Shown here: positions 1 to 12,534 of the stretch, piece by piece
Layout of the letters: the number at the start of each line of letters is the position of its first letter
How positions within the stretch are numbered: the stretch's first letter is position 1
Origin: Batkoa obscura
Taxonomy: Eukaryota
Length of the DNA: 64,000 nt
NCBI GenBank assembly: GCA_030770535.1
Contig: JASVEC010000017.1
Coordinates: 806,001 to 870,000 of the forward strand
Direction of reading: 5' to 3'
The notes under the pieces: generated by a model
The model's input: the letters and a program-made list of their open reading frames with translations, nothing else
Told to the model about the DNA's origin: nothing
The model's database searches: none
Made by a program: the position numbers and the translations under genes

Positions 1-109
1 ACTTTTGGCTTTTAATAAAGAATTTATTTTTATAGAATTTTAAGCAAAGTTTTCAAAATATAAATATTTAAAAATTGGATAAAAAAATGAAACCAATTCG
101 GACACCCCT
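1..109. mobile_element. Terminus of a second copy of the Sola-like DNA transposon, inverted relative to 1795-5264 and running off the window's left edge
   Basis: Exact reverse complement of 1795-1903; ends ...TGAAACCAATTCGGACACCCCT followed by ATAT (110-113). Confidence 0.85.
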
Positions 110-863
110 ATATGCTCTATAGAGTGCAGAGTATTTTAATTTAAGAATGTTGTCCTAACCTGGTACTTACACAGTTAATTAGTAATGGAATATGCGTTTT
201 CATTAGCTTGAATAAAATAATTCTTTATCAAAGAGGATTTTATATGAGTGCTGAATACTCTAACCTAATATTAATTTTTTTTACTACCAAATGTGGTACT
301 TTAAAAAGACTTTTAATTAATTTAGAATACTGCTGTTTTATTTTAAATTACAAACATATCACAGAAACTAATGTATTAAGTACTTTTACAAATAAGGTGA
401 CTAAACATAATATCCAAATACATAGCCAAACATTAAGTCAAACATTGTTCCTTTAATATTTTTTAATTTATCTTTATTCGAATAATTGAATATTTTGCTT
501 AAATTCTCCGAATTCTGAATTCTAAAAAAGTTATTGTCCATACATAATTATTTGGAATTCTATTTAACTTATACTAACTCCTTTTTTACAACATAGTTTA
601 GATTTTTGTTAAACTGATTTAATTTATGTTTTTCAACCTGTGTTTTATAAATGTACTCTAAACTTTCAAAGCTATGGTAAACAGGATTAAAACAACGTTT
701 ACAAGTTCTATAATCTTTAATTAAAATAAATCAAGTGAACCGTATATTAAGAGTAAACTAACTTAATTTAAACTAAATAGATTTTAAAGAACAAAAGGTA
801 TATATTGAAAAAAAATCAGAAAAAAATCAAAATAAAAGTTTAGCTTTATTGACAACTATTGTA

Positions 864-1440
864 ATGCGTCTCAATCAACCAATATTGGCAGAAAGTTCTT
901 ATGTTGAAGATATCCAACTTAAATCGCACTATTTATTTGATCTAAATATACAACACAGTATCACCGAAATAATGTTGTTTGGAACAGATGAAAATAAACC
1001 ACAGTTACCTTTAATCGTGAAAAAAACCTACAATTATCGGATTGCACTCATAGCCTTATTAAGTATGTTATTCATAGCTATAGGAGTTATCCTCTATTTT
1101 TTTGCAAAACCTTCTCTGTTAGCATATGCTGTTTTAACTTCTCTTGTTATCTTTTTACTTTTAGCCCATGAGATCTATGTAATTTATAACCTATTTTGTA
1201 ATTAATACCTAATTAAATTAATTTTAGGGTTACATTCATTTTATAAAAAGCATCAAAGATACAAATACTTACATCAAAAGAAACAAAAATGCAGTAGCTA
1301 GATTTCGTATAATTGAACAAAGGGATAGGGTTATTATCCCCTTAAATCCAAATGCCCCTCAAAGCTTAGGTGAACCTCATAATGTTTATACTAACCCAAA
1401 GTGGTACCATCTTCCTCAAATGTTTGGCCCTAGCTATTGA
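864..1440 (+). CDS. Hypothetical two-exon membrane protein with two predicted TM helices
   Basis: ATG 864, exon 1 to 1178; GT-AG intron 1179-1227; exon 2 (1228-1440) continues in frame (GYIHFIKSIK...MFGPSY*). Hydrophobic stretches IALIALLSMLFIAIGVILYFF and LLAYAVLTSLVIFLLLA. Confidence 0.55.
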
Positions 1441-2749
1441 ATTAAATTTTTATTGTTTTTAATTATTTATAAGTTGAAAGTCGGAGATTTTGTTCAATAC
1501 ACCTTCAATAATATTTGACTGGCTTTTTGATTTTATAAGAGTTTAAAACACAATCAATCACTTTTTTATCATTAAATCCTGTTTATATCACAATACAATT
1601 AATTTGGTTTATATTTGTTGGGATTTTAGTTCAATTGTAGTTTTTTAAAAGTTGAAACGTTAACTAATTTATAATGCGCAAAATATAAAATAACTGTGAA
1701 ATTGTGTAATATAGTTATCCCAGAATTTTTACCTATGGGCCAAAAATATGTTTATAGATGAAGCATTTATAAGGTTCTTTATAATAATGCATATAGGGGT
1801 GTCCGAATTGGTTTCATTTTTTTATCCAATTTTTAAATATTTATATTTTGAAAACTTTGCTTAAAATTCTATAAAAATAAATTCTTTATTAAAAGCCAAA
1901 AGTACCTGACACAGTTTTAAATTATTTTGTTATAATTTATATTGTTAATTAGCAGAATTTTTATTAAATTTAATATAAATTTCTGGATTAGCAAAGATTT
2001 TACTAATATAGCCTGTATAGTGATATTAGTCAAAGTTGTAATATGTAAATAAATATATACTTTTATATAACTTTATTAAGAAATATTTATTATTAACTGT
2101 TTTATATTTAACACTGCAGATTTGCTACCAAATGAATAAATTATTTTAATGTTATAATTACATTATTAATATATCGCTAAGTTAATAAATAGCTGCATGG
2201 GAGGGGGTGGTTAGCCCCAAAACTATAATTAACCATCCCTATGTAACACAAGCAGTATAATAATAGTTTTTACTTACTATTACAACTACTTGCTCTTTGA
2301 TTATTTATTAACTTAGCTATTAATAATTTAAGTAATATCAACATTTAATAATTGATTTCTATCATCTAATAAGCTACTTATTTGCTTACTAAATATTGAA
2401 ACTTTTAAATTTTCAGTTATTTTTGTAAGATAAGCTGGGATTGACCTTTTAATTTTTCTATCCTCTATAGACTCTATAACTTTAATTGGGATCATATCGC
2501 TTTTTTTTGATCTATCAGATACTGGATAACAGTGTAGTTTTTTACCACGTTTAATAAAATGTGAATACTTTCTAATACCTTTTATTTTTATTTTTATTTT
2601 TATTTTTATTTTTACTTTTACTTTTATATCTTTGTTTCTTTCATACTTTTTAAAAGTTATATTTGTTTTCCCATTATTGACAGTTGAGTTATTAACTCTA
2701 TTATGTTCACAAATAAAAATCTCAAGTTTTGAAATTAATTGATCAATAT

Positions 2750-2848
2750 GGGGATGTATTTTTGTATTTAAAAATTTCACTAACAGTTTTTCCACTTAAA
2801 TAGCACTTAAAAGATAGAAAAAATAATGAAACCAAAAAAAACATCCTC
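2750..2848. mobile_element. ~99-bp MITE inserted in the transposase
   Basis: GGGGATGT...ACATCCTC with ATAT on both sides; removal restores IED-IDQL in frame. Confidence 0.9.
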
Positions 2849-3487
2849 ATATCTTCTATTTTATCTAATGCTTCAAAACTATTTTTCCACTGTGAAAGAT
2901 TTCCAAAATGTCCATCAATTATACTTTTTCCATGATGCTCAGCAAAAAAACTAAGATCAATATTTAAACTACTATTTATTTTATAAATTCCTTTAAATAT
3001 ATAATGTAAAAAATCTTGAAATTTAAAATGATATCCTGTATCTGCCTATATGTTAATTTTTGTAAACTTTTTAAATAAAGGCTCTTTAGATATTAAGTCA
3101 ATTAAACAATCTCCTGCATATGCTGAATCATGATTTAATATTTCAGATAAATAATCAAAATAAACTTTGCCTATTGTTTTATCGTTTTTTAAATACAAAA
3201 CGTCAAAACCTAATACTGATATAGCTTGTTTATTATAATGATCTAAGTTTATTGGATCTGGTCTTGTTCCTATTTCCATATTTTGTTTAAAGTCTAAAAT
3301 TATTATACAACTTCTATTATTTAATTTTTCAATAGTTTCATTAAGTATGTTTTTTTGAGTATCAACACAAAATTCATGTAATTTATATAACCTTTTTTCT
3401 TTATTAAAAGATTCCTCTATCTCTGCTTTATTTTTTGTCGCTGTATTTATTTTATTTTCAAATAACTTTTTTCTAACTGTATACTGG

Positions 3488-3953
3488 TGTGAAAGTTGAT
3501 ACTTAGTGGTCGAAGTTAAAAGCTACTCTTGCTTAATTAACTTGCCTTGAGTCGAAGGGTCTTAGTTTATGTAACTAAGGTAGACTTAACTTAATAGAAA
3601 TAGTATGTAGTAAGCTACAAATTATGTAAAACAAATACAATGGAAGATACTACTATAAAATCTATATCAGATGTTGTCAGAAAGACTTAGTGACTTTATT
3701 AATGATACGTTATCAGGGAGTAATCCAATTAAAAAAGCCTGGAGTTATCATATTGAAGAATCTCTTTTATACTCCAATAAATATGGATATTAATACGAGA
3801 GGATGTTATTCCTTGCAATATGAAGTTATAAATTCTCGCAGCAAATCAAAATAAGGGACTCTGACTTGATTGTATTTGAACTTGAGAACACAGCAACTTA
3901 AGTGATTGTTGCGTTATAATCAATCCGAGAGCTAAATAAAGCAATATTTCACA
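3488..3953 (+). mobile_element. Solo LTR (466 bp)
   Basis: TGTGAAA...TTTCACA termini, AATAAA near the 3' end, CTGG duplicated on both flanks; removal restores the transposase frame (CAQ|YTVRKK). Confidence 0.8.
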
Positions 3954-4723
3954 CTGGGCACATATATTACATAAATCTGTTTTTCTTGCTGGATTTTTAA
4001 AATTATTTGGTATATATTTAAATAATGTTGACCTAGCTACTGTTTTATCTTTTAAATCATTAAAATATTTACTATATATCATTCTTCTACTTTTATTTAA
4101 TGTATATATATTCTCTGACGAATATTTATCATTATTTTTTTTACTAAATCTTGATGAAATAGTTGAATTATCAAGTAAATATTGTATAATAATCTCGATT
4201 TGCTCATCTTTAATTTTTTTTGTATTTTTGGTAGTAGTTCGTAACGTTGGTATTTTATTATTATTATTTTTGAATAATCATATTGATTTTTACTTATATT
4301 AAATCCAAAACTTTTACATTCATCAAAAGAATATATTGAAGCTATAGTCGATAATAATGCTACTTGTTGGTTTTTATTTCCTATTTCCCTTAAAACACTA
4401 ATTTTATACATTGCTTGATTAAGTCTGTTATTATTAATAGTAAACTTTAATGACATTTCTTTTCCTTTTTTTGTTTTATTATAAAATTCCATAAACTCTG
4501 GGTTATTGTGAATAGTTGTTAAAATTGATATAAATGAATTACAATGTTTATATAATGTACTTCTCCCTATCGTATTAAAGTTTTTAGAAATTCCATTTCG
4601 AAGTTTAGTTATAAAAGCTTGCATTTTGTTTTTATTTTAATAAAAAATAAAGTCAAATAATTATATAATTATATAACTATATATTATATATCTATTGAAC
4701 ATTCAATAAAAAATACAAAACGC

Positions 4724-5084
4724 TGTGAAATATCGGTTCATCAGCTCTGTGATTGATTATCGCATAATAATCACTTAACTTGTTTACAAAACTAGTTGGA
4801 GTATAAAATAGATTCTTCAACATAATAGCTCAAGGCTTTTTAATTGAATTGTTCCCTAATATTTTACTTTTAATAAAGCCACTAAATCTTTCTGACAATA
4901 TCTTATGTAGATTTTACAGTAGTATCCTGTATTCTATTTATTTTACATAGCTCGTAGCTTATTGTGTATTACTCCTATTGATTTAAGTCTATCTTAGCTA
5001 CATAAACTAAGGGCTTTTGACTTACGGCCAGTTAATTAAACTAGAACTGCCTTTAACTCCAATTACTGAGTACTAAATTTCACA
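4724..5084 (-). mobile_element. Second, diverged and internally deleted solo LTR of the same family, inverted
   Basis: TGTGAAA...TTTCACA termini; reverse-complement similarity to 3488-3953 (e.g. TACATAAACTAAG, TCTTTCTGACAA, TTGGAGTATAAAA). Confidence 0.7.
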
Positions 5085-5772
5085 AACATATAATTAAAAA
5101 AATAAAATAAACAAAATAAACAAAATAAGTCTTTAAGTTAAATCTTTATATTTAGTTTTAAGCTTTTTAAATTTAGCTGATCATACATTAAAGACTTATA
5201 AATTTAAAAACTTAAAATTTGGATTAATTTTTAGCTAAATTCTGAAACCAATTCGGACATCCCCATATGGCAAGTACAGTGTTTGAGCAAAAATTTGAAT
5301 AAAAATGTTTTTGATTATATCAAATATCTTATTCTTGTGCTTTAAATAGGTTAAAATTAAAACAACATATATGGGAGGATTGTTATAAATAAGTATTGAC
5401 AATCATTTACATAATTCCAAAGCTTTTTTATTTCAAGATACTATTACTCAGATTATCTTTAGTTGGCATATTTTGTTTACTCCGAAATATCCTCAGTTCA
5501 TAATAATAATTATTGGTAAATGGCATATAGCAACAATCAACGCGTATTAATAAGCTTTATATGCTTTTTTCAGAATCCTTATTTACTTTATATACTATTA
5601 ATCATAATTTAAACTTGACTATTTTAAAAAAATAAAACAAAGAATGATCTAAATGATATAATGAAGATAATCAGTTTTTAATAATGACACTTCATGTTAT
5701 AAAAATAAGTATTCAAAAAAAGTATTTAAACCCAATTAATTTGACATGTTAAAAGTAAAAAAATATTAAAAA

Positions 5773-7168
5773 ATGTCACCATTGATTAAAACAAGTAAAG
5801 ATATTGATACAGTTGTGAACTCTTTAAGGCCATCAACTAAGTTTACTCCTTTCTCACCACAAAATGAAAGCTTTATTAAAATGAATCAAATTATTAATAA
5901 GAATCATAACAACGACATAATCTATGAAGGCTTTAAAACTAACCATGTGGTACATGCTATCTGTTCACTTTATAAAATGGGAGGTAACTTTCAATATCAA
6001 TTTAATCTGTAATAGTTAATAGTTATCTTATTAGCACCTCCTGAGATATTAGATCAATATTATGACAAGTCAATCACTTACCTTGAGCCATTGCCAGAGG
6101 ACAAATACAAAATAAGCCTTGAAAATTACGAAGAATATATAGCTAATAAAGAGTAAAGTTAATGTTTTTTATTTTTATCAAATATATAACTTCAGTCATA
6201 GCGCATATTCTTCTTACTTGAAGTTTTTTGATAATCAAGTCAGTGAATTGGGAGTTATTCCTGCTTTAAAAAAGTATGCTCCAAAAATTATCTCAGGACT
6301 CGCTGGAGCCGCATTACATCCTTTAATTCATTTAGGATATGCTGTAGAATTCAATAACCCAATAGTTGCAGCTGAAGGCCTAGCTTATGCTTATAGTTAT
6401 TACCTTCATCTCGATGATGTCACTAATTCTATCGAACCAGAAGAAATAAGCACAGAAGATATTGAACAAAAATTGATCAAAATGAACATAGGTGCTTCCA
6501 ATTCTAACAAATCTACAACTAAATCATATTCTGTGCATCTTATATTAGAAGAATTAAAAAATATGGGAGTAAAACCCCTTGATGAGAAAGAAAGAAAAGG
6601 ACGATTTGCTGATGGTCTTAAAGGAGTAGTAGAGAAAAATAGCCCCAGTTTAGTAAAACTAGCTAACAAATTTGGGGTAAATAAAGATAATATTAAAGAG
6701 CGTAGTAACGATTTAAGTATCGGAACAGTCGAAATATTCGGTGGTTCATATCGCCAAAACACTTTCGATTTCTTTTTATTGCATGGATTAACTGGAAACC
6801 ATGGCGTACGTACTTTATTACCTATTTTAGATCTAAAAGATCAAGTTCAATTGATCACTCTCAACTTTATCGCTTTAGTCATTCTTTTCTTAGCCCAAGG
6901 TGCTCCAAAACCTACCAAAGCATCTAAATCAATTCCAGAAGAAATTAAAGGGGGGAAAAATAATGACGATTCATGGTCAGAGATTTATATACGTTCTAGT
7001 GAATCTTTAGATGAGCATCTTATCAAAGGAGTCAGAAACTTATACGGATTACAAAAAGAATTTGGTGAAATGAACGGGCTCTTCTTTAAACCTGCTGCAT
7101 TTGCTGCATTGTATATTTCTAAAAACGATTGGAATTATAGTGGCATTGGCTATATTCCAGAAAACTGA
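5773..7168 (+). CDS. Questin oxidase-like (DUF4243/AflY-type) oxidoreductase, copy 1; exons 5773-5983, 6035-6152, 6202-7168
   Basis: Motifs NHVVHAICSLY, ALHPLIHLGYAVEF, AEGLA, FDFFLLHGLT and DEHLIKGVR; GT-AG introns keep frame. Confidence 0.85.
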
Positions 7169-8478
7169 TATGAGCTTGTATTATTAATAAATTTAAGCTT
7201 TATTTAAAAGTTATTTATTTTTTTACTTAATTCTATATGAAAAGAGATTGGGGTAAATGAGTGATTGTATAAAAAGATTTAATGAAAAATTAACTTTTGT
7301 GCTATAAAAATTCTGTATAAATTACAATTGAGTATTGTACTAGTATTAGCTATAGCTATTGGACTAATGTATTGGTAATTTTTTATGATACCCAAAATGA
7401 TGTTTTAATTTAAAGCTGGTATAGCAGTACTAGCATAAAAACCAACCATAACTGCTTTTACATTTGAAGTAACTGATTCTCCACTGGGCTTTGTTTTCAA
7501 TAAAGCAGTAGTTTTTTTATGTATTTTTCACACTGTAAATTTTAGAATCCAATTTTAAAATTTTCCTTGATTTCTTAAAATGATATCACCTGTTTAAAAA
7601 GTAATGAGATGTTGGATCCTTACCCTGATATTGATTTAAAATTTGAGTATGATAAAAAGAGATCTGTTGTAAACCTTGACTCAGCTGGTATAGTATTCAA
7701 TGATTACGATGTTCCATACTTAATTCATTTATTTGTTATATTTTAATACATGCAAAAGTGTACAATTTAAAGAGATAAAAAGATTTAAAATTTTGAATCC
7801 AGTTAATTAGTCTAAAAATATGTAACGAAGTATAGCTTGGTTTCTAATAATAAAAATTCATATTTATTTAATTTTAAAAATGTTTTTAAAAAGCAAGACG
7901 ATTATATCTAACTTTTAACTTAACAACTTAACGATTACATGTAAAAGAGCTGTAGCCTTAATTAAAATATCATGCAACATTATATTATAAGAGAATATAG
8001 TCTTAAGGACCAAAAGTCATTAAATATTTATATACAATGAGTTTAAAAACTTACAAGGAGCTTTAAAACTTGATTTTAAATTTCAATATAATAAGATATA
8101 TGAGATATGATCATAAACTTTTTTAAAATTCAAATAATTACATAGTTTAATTTAATTTTATGTTTTCTGTATTTACTCCAAATTATCCTCAGGCCTTGCT
8201 TACAAATATCGCTAAATGGCATGTAATAATAATTAATGCGTGTTAATAAGCTTTGTTTGTCTAATATGATTTATGTTGGAATTCTTATTTGCTTTATATA
8301 TTGTTTATCATATTAAAACTTGATTATTCTTTAAAAAGTAAAACAAATAACGTTTTAAATGATACAATAAAGATAATCAGTTTTTAATAATGACACTTCA
8401 TGTTATAAAAATAAGTATTCAAAAAAAGTATTTAAACCCAATTAATTTGACATGTTAAAAGTAAAAAAATATTAAAAA

Positions 8479-9874
8479 ATGTCACCATTGATTAAAACAA
8501 GTAAAGATATTGATACAGTTGTGAACTCTTTAAAGCTATCAACTAAGTTTACTCCTTTCTTACCACAAAATGAAAGCTTTATTAAAATGAATCAAATTAT
8601 TAATAAAAATCGCAGTAATGATATGATTTATGTAGGCTTTAAAGCTAACCATGTGGCACATGCTATCTGTTCACTTTATAAAATGGGAGGTAACTTTCAA
8701 TATCAATTTAATCTGTAATAGTTAATAGTTATCTTATTAGCACCTCCTGAGATATTAGATCAGTATTACAACAGTGCAATGGTCTATCTTGAACCGTCAA
8801 CAGAAGACAAATATGATATAAGCCTTGAAAATTATGAAGAATATATAGCAACTAAAGAGTATTTTTTCTTTGATTTTTTCTTCAAATATCTAATTTAATT
8901 ATAGTGCATATACTTCTTACTTGAAATTTTTTGATGATCAAGTCAATGAATTAGGAGCTATTCCTGCTTTAAAAAAATATATCCCAAGAGTTCTCCCAGG
9001 ATTTGTCGGAGATGCATTACATCCTTTAATTCATTTAGGATATGCTGTAGAATTTGACAATGCAACAGTTGCAGCTGAAGGCTTAGCTTATGCTTATAGT
9101 CATTATCTATTTTTTGATGATATTATTAATTCTATCAAACCAGAAGAAATAAGCACAGAAGATATTGAACAAAAATTAGCCAAAATGGATATAAATGCTA
9201 CTAATCCTAAAAAGGCGAAATCTAAATCATATTCTGCGCATCTTATATTAGAAGAATTGAAAAATATGGGAGTAAGACCCCTTGATGAGAAAGAAAGAGA
9301 AGGACTGTTCTCTGATGCTCTTGATTTAGTAGTAAAAAAGAATGGCTTCGATTTAGCAAAATTAGCTAGTAAATTCGGAGTCAATGTAGCCAATATTGAA
9401 GAGCGTAGTAATGATTTAAGTATTGGTACTGTTGAAATGTTTGGTGGATCTTATCGTCAAAACACTTTTGATTTCTTTTTATTACATGGTGTAACTGGAA
9501 ACCATGCTGTACGGACCCTTTTGCCTATTTTGGAACCCAAAGATAAAGTCCTATTACTTACCCTTAACTTTGTCGCTTTAACTATCATTTTCTTAACCCA
9601 AGGGGCTCCTAAACCTACTGAGATATCTTGCTCGATTCCAGAAGAAATTGGTAAGGGAAAGAATAACGAAAATTCATGGTCAGAGATTTATATACGTTCT
9701 AGTGAATCTTTAGATGAGCATCTTATCAAAGGAGTCAGAAACTTATACGGATTACAAAAAGAATTTGGTGAAATGAACGGGCTCTTCTTTAAACCTGCTG
9801 CATTTGCTGCATTGTATATTCCTAAAAACGATTGGAGTTATAATGGTATTGGTTATCTTCCAGAAAATCAATAA
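8479..9874 (+). CDS. Questin oxidase-like oxidoreductase, tandem copy 2; exons 8479-8689, 8741-8858, 8905-9874
   Basis: Same motifs and intron positions as copy 1. Confidence 0.85.
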
Positions 9875-10439
9875 GAGCTTATGTTATAAATAAACTTAAC
9901 TTCGCATTAAAAAAATACTCTATAATTTTCTACTCAAACTTATAAATATATGGTAGGAGTAAACAAATGTATAAAGTAAAAAAAGTGAACTTCTGATTAA
10001 AAACCAACTTCTTTATGGCATTAAGAAAATCGCTTTAAATTCTTTATAATACTAACCCTTACTCTAATGCTAGATTTAACACTATCACTAATATATATAT
10101 TTGTATGTAGTCTATTATAGCATTTCAATTTAAAATTGTCGCAAAATCACTAGTTCTCTGAAAGTCAGTTAAAACAACTATTCATTTTAACAGTTTATTT
10201 TAGAAATCGCTTTACACAAAAGTTAACAATATTGTTGATAAAAATTTGTGTAGTTTTTTTTTGCCCATCTCGAAAAGTATCTTGAATAAATATTTATACT
10301 CTAAAATTACTAATATAATTATGTTTAAAAAAACAACAAAGATAAAGCCAGCAATATAAACTATTCTTCTTATTTTCAAAGCATAAGCCATTGTCATTTT
10401 TCCTTTTTACAACGTTCACTTATAAACAATAAAACATAA

Positions 10440-11458
10440 ACATATACTAAACATATACTAAACAGAAGCCTTGAATTATCCTTATATGTTGGATATAGGT
10501 CCATGTCCTTCAAACCTACAAATTTAACACTTTTGTATTTTTAAAATGTATAAAAAAATAATATATAAAACTAGCTAAATTGAAACTTGTAAGCCTTTCG
10601 AATTTTACAATAATTAAATTTGTATCTTTTATTACTTCATAGTATAAAAATAACATTTCAGGTATAAAGCAACATTTTGTTATTTCCAGTTTATATAGAT
10701 TGGGACATGACATGTATAAAGAATCAAAAAAGCCCTTTCCTAAAGTTAAATCTTCAATTTTTAATGTTATCATATGAGGGTGTTTTTTTTGGCTTTATTA
10801 TTTTTTCCATTTTTTAAGCGCTATTTCAGCGGAAAGATTGTTAGTAAAATTCTTAAATACAAAAATACATCACCAAATTTTTAAATCTCTTAACAATTTT
10901 TCAAATAAGGAAATTCATTATCATAATTACCATTGACTACTAACTTAGTGATAGTTGATGACAAAATTGGCACTATGGATGTTGTAAAATAATAATCTAA
11001 TTTTTCAAGCCCTATATATTAAGTTATTAACTAATTTCTCAATATCATTCATTTTTTTGCATATAGTTCTCAACTGTGATATTCCCGATTTCAGTCGTGT
11101 ATCCAAAATCTGCTATTGTAATACTTTTTAGGTGTTCTATATGTTTTAAATAAACATTTAAATATATGTAGAGACTTCTACTATTTGGATACATTGAAGG
11201 ATAAATAAGGAATTCTGAGAAGGATCTAAGATTCAAACGTTTAATAAAATGAGCATGTTTTTCAGAAGATTCTTTCATTTCGTTACCCCATTGGAGATTA
11301 GAATACAGATACATGTCTTGCCATAGTATCAGTACTATTGATTTATTTTACTTCTTACAACATAAAAGTAGTTTGATTTTATCTCCATCTTTGAGATGAT
11401 GAAGTATGTTTTTTATCATACATGTTTCTAAATTTTCGATATTAAACCTATTGTATAT
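10440..11458 (-). pseudogene. F-box/LRR-like pseudogene with internal deletion and MITE
   Basis: Fragments homologous to 41616-42995 (FIKRLNLR, PNSRSLY, NDEFPY, ITLK..FFDSLYMSCPNLYKLE); start appears as ATA; frameshifts. Confidence 0.75.
10776..10874. mobile_element. ~99-bp MITE
   Basis: GAGGGTGTTTTTTTTGG...AAATACATCACC; flanks ATAT/AAAT. Confidence 0.85.
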
Positions 11459-12534
11459 TGTTACTTTAAAAATGAAATGTGAAAAGAGTTGTAATATTAC
11501 TTATATTTTGAATAAGTATTCAATAGAAAGATTCGAAGTGTTGAGGCTGATATTTAAATCAAAATATTGAAATGGGTAAATAGCAAAATGATTCATCTTA
11601 TTGATGCCATCTCTTACTTTATTAGTAAGCATCATGGTATATATACACCATACATTTGTAATATATATAACAAATTAACTAAATGAATAGATTTTAGGTT
11701 AATTATATTGTCGCCCAGAAATCCTTTTAATAAAATTAGAAGGTGAATATTTGATTTTAATTTATATATATATAAATTAGCAAGTTTAAAAGTCAAAGTA
11801 AATCTATTATATTTCAGATGAATTACAGCTTATTTAATTTATTGTATATAACCAAAATAAAAAGTTTAATAGATACTAAACTTACATAGAACTGCTAATA
11901 GCATATTATTGTAGTAGTTTTAGCCATGCTTCAATATAAGGTTGAACTTTGCATTATGGAGGCGTTTTTTAACAACTAGCCTAACTAGTAATATGTTCAA
12001 GTTTTGAGCTTAAAAAGTAAAAAAGTAGCTAAAAAATGCCCTCTTTTTCAAAAAATTTATAAGAGCCAATAATTTTCAATTATTTCAATGAAGAGAAAAT
12101 ATCAAAAAGGGTAGAAAAAAGGTAAAATATCAGAATGATAATAGAAAAGAGATGTGAAAAATTACTAGAATAAACATATTCTAGTTGATAATCTTTTGTT
12201 TCTAGCTGAGGCAGATTGTGTTAAACCGATGTATACGTGTTTTTTATAAGTTTGCTTAGGTATTAGGCAATAGGGTAACTGCCAAAAAAAGGACAAAAAT
12301 GGCCTGCGACAAATTTTATGTATTAAAAGTGGATAGTTTAAATATTATGGCTATAGAATAGTTTAGATGAATGGAAGGTCGTCTAAAATTTGATATTTTA
12401 AAACAAAATTAAAAAATAAAAGCAACAGAAAATTAATCGAAGGACTAAAAATAGTTTGATATAGCTTTTTTTTTGTTACATAATAAAATTAACCGGTATT
12501 TCTTAACATTATAATAAGGTATTTAATAGTAATT

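Larger units (their letters stand above)
2328..4624 (-). pseudogene. Sola-like transposase pseudogene (~574 aa when reconstructed)
   Basis: Motifs RKTDLCNIC, IILDFKQN, NI(*/W)ADTGYHF and FFAEHHGKSIIDGHFGNLS. Lesions: frameshift near 4255-4270, solo LTR 3488-3953, TAG at 3046-3048, MITE 2750-2848. Confidence 0.8.
1795..5264 (-). mobile_element. Decayed cut-and-paste DNA transposon, Sola-like (DDD), with TIRs and ATAT TSD
   Basis: Left end AGGGGTGTCCGAATTGGTTTCA; right end TGAAACCAATTCGGACATCCCC; flanked by ATAT (1791-1794 and 5265-5268); internal transposase remnant. Confidence 0.85.

Noticed and set aside
208..456. 82-aa ORF and other short intergenic ORFs (10212, 13505, 30480, 57437)
   Set aside because: Compositions typical of random AT-rich DNA, several lack an ATG start, and none has homology cues.
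2581..2625. KIKIKIK repeat in the transposase C-terminus
   Set aside because: A hexanucleotide microsatellite in a pseudogene, with no evidence of function.
6406..6762. Antisense ORFs over real genes (also those at 9103, 47439, 52446, 54748, 60305, 60997 and 61509)
   Set aside because: Shadow frames of well-supported CDSs, with no motifs of their own.
7257..7730. Coding-like decayed sequence between the tandem oxidase genes
   Set aside because: No open frame or recognisable motif.
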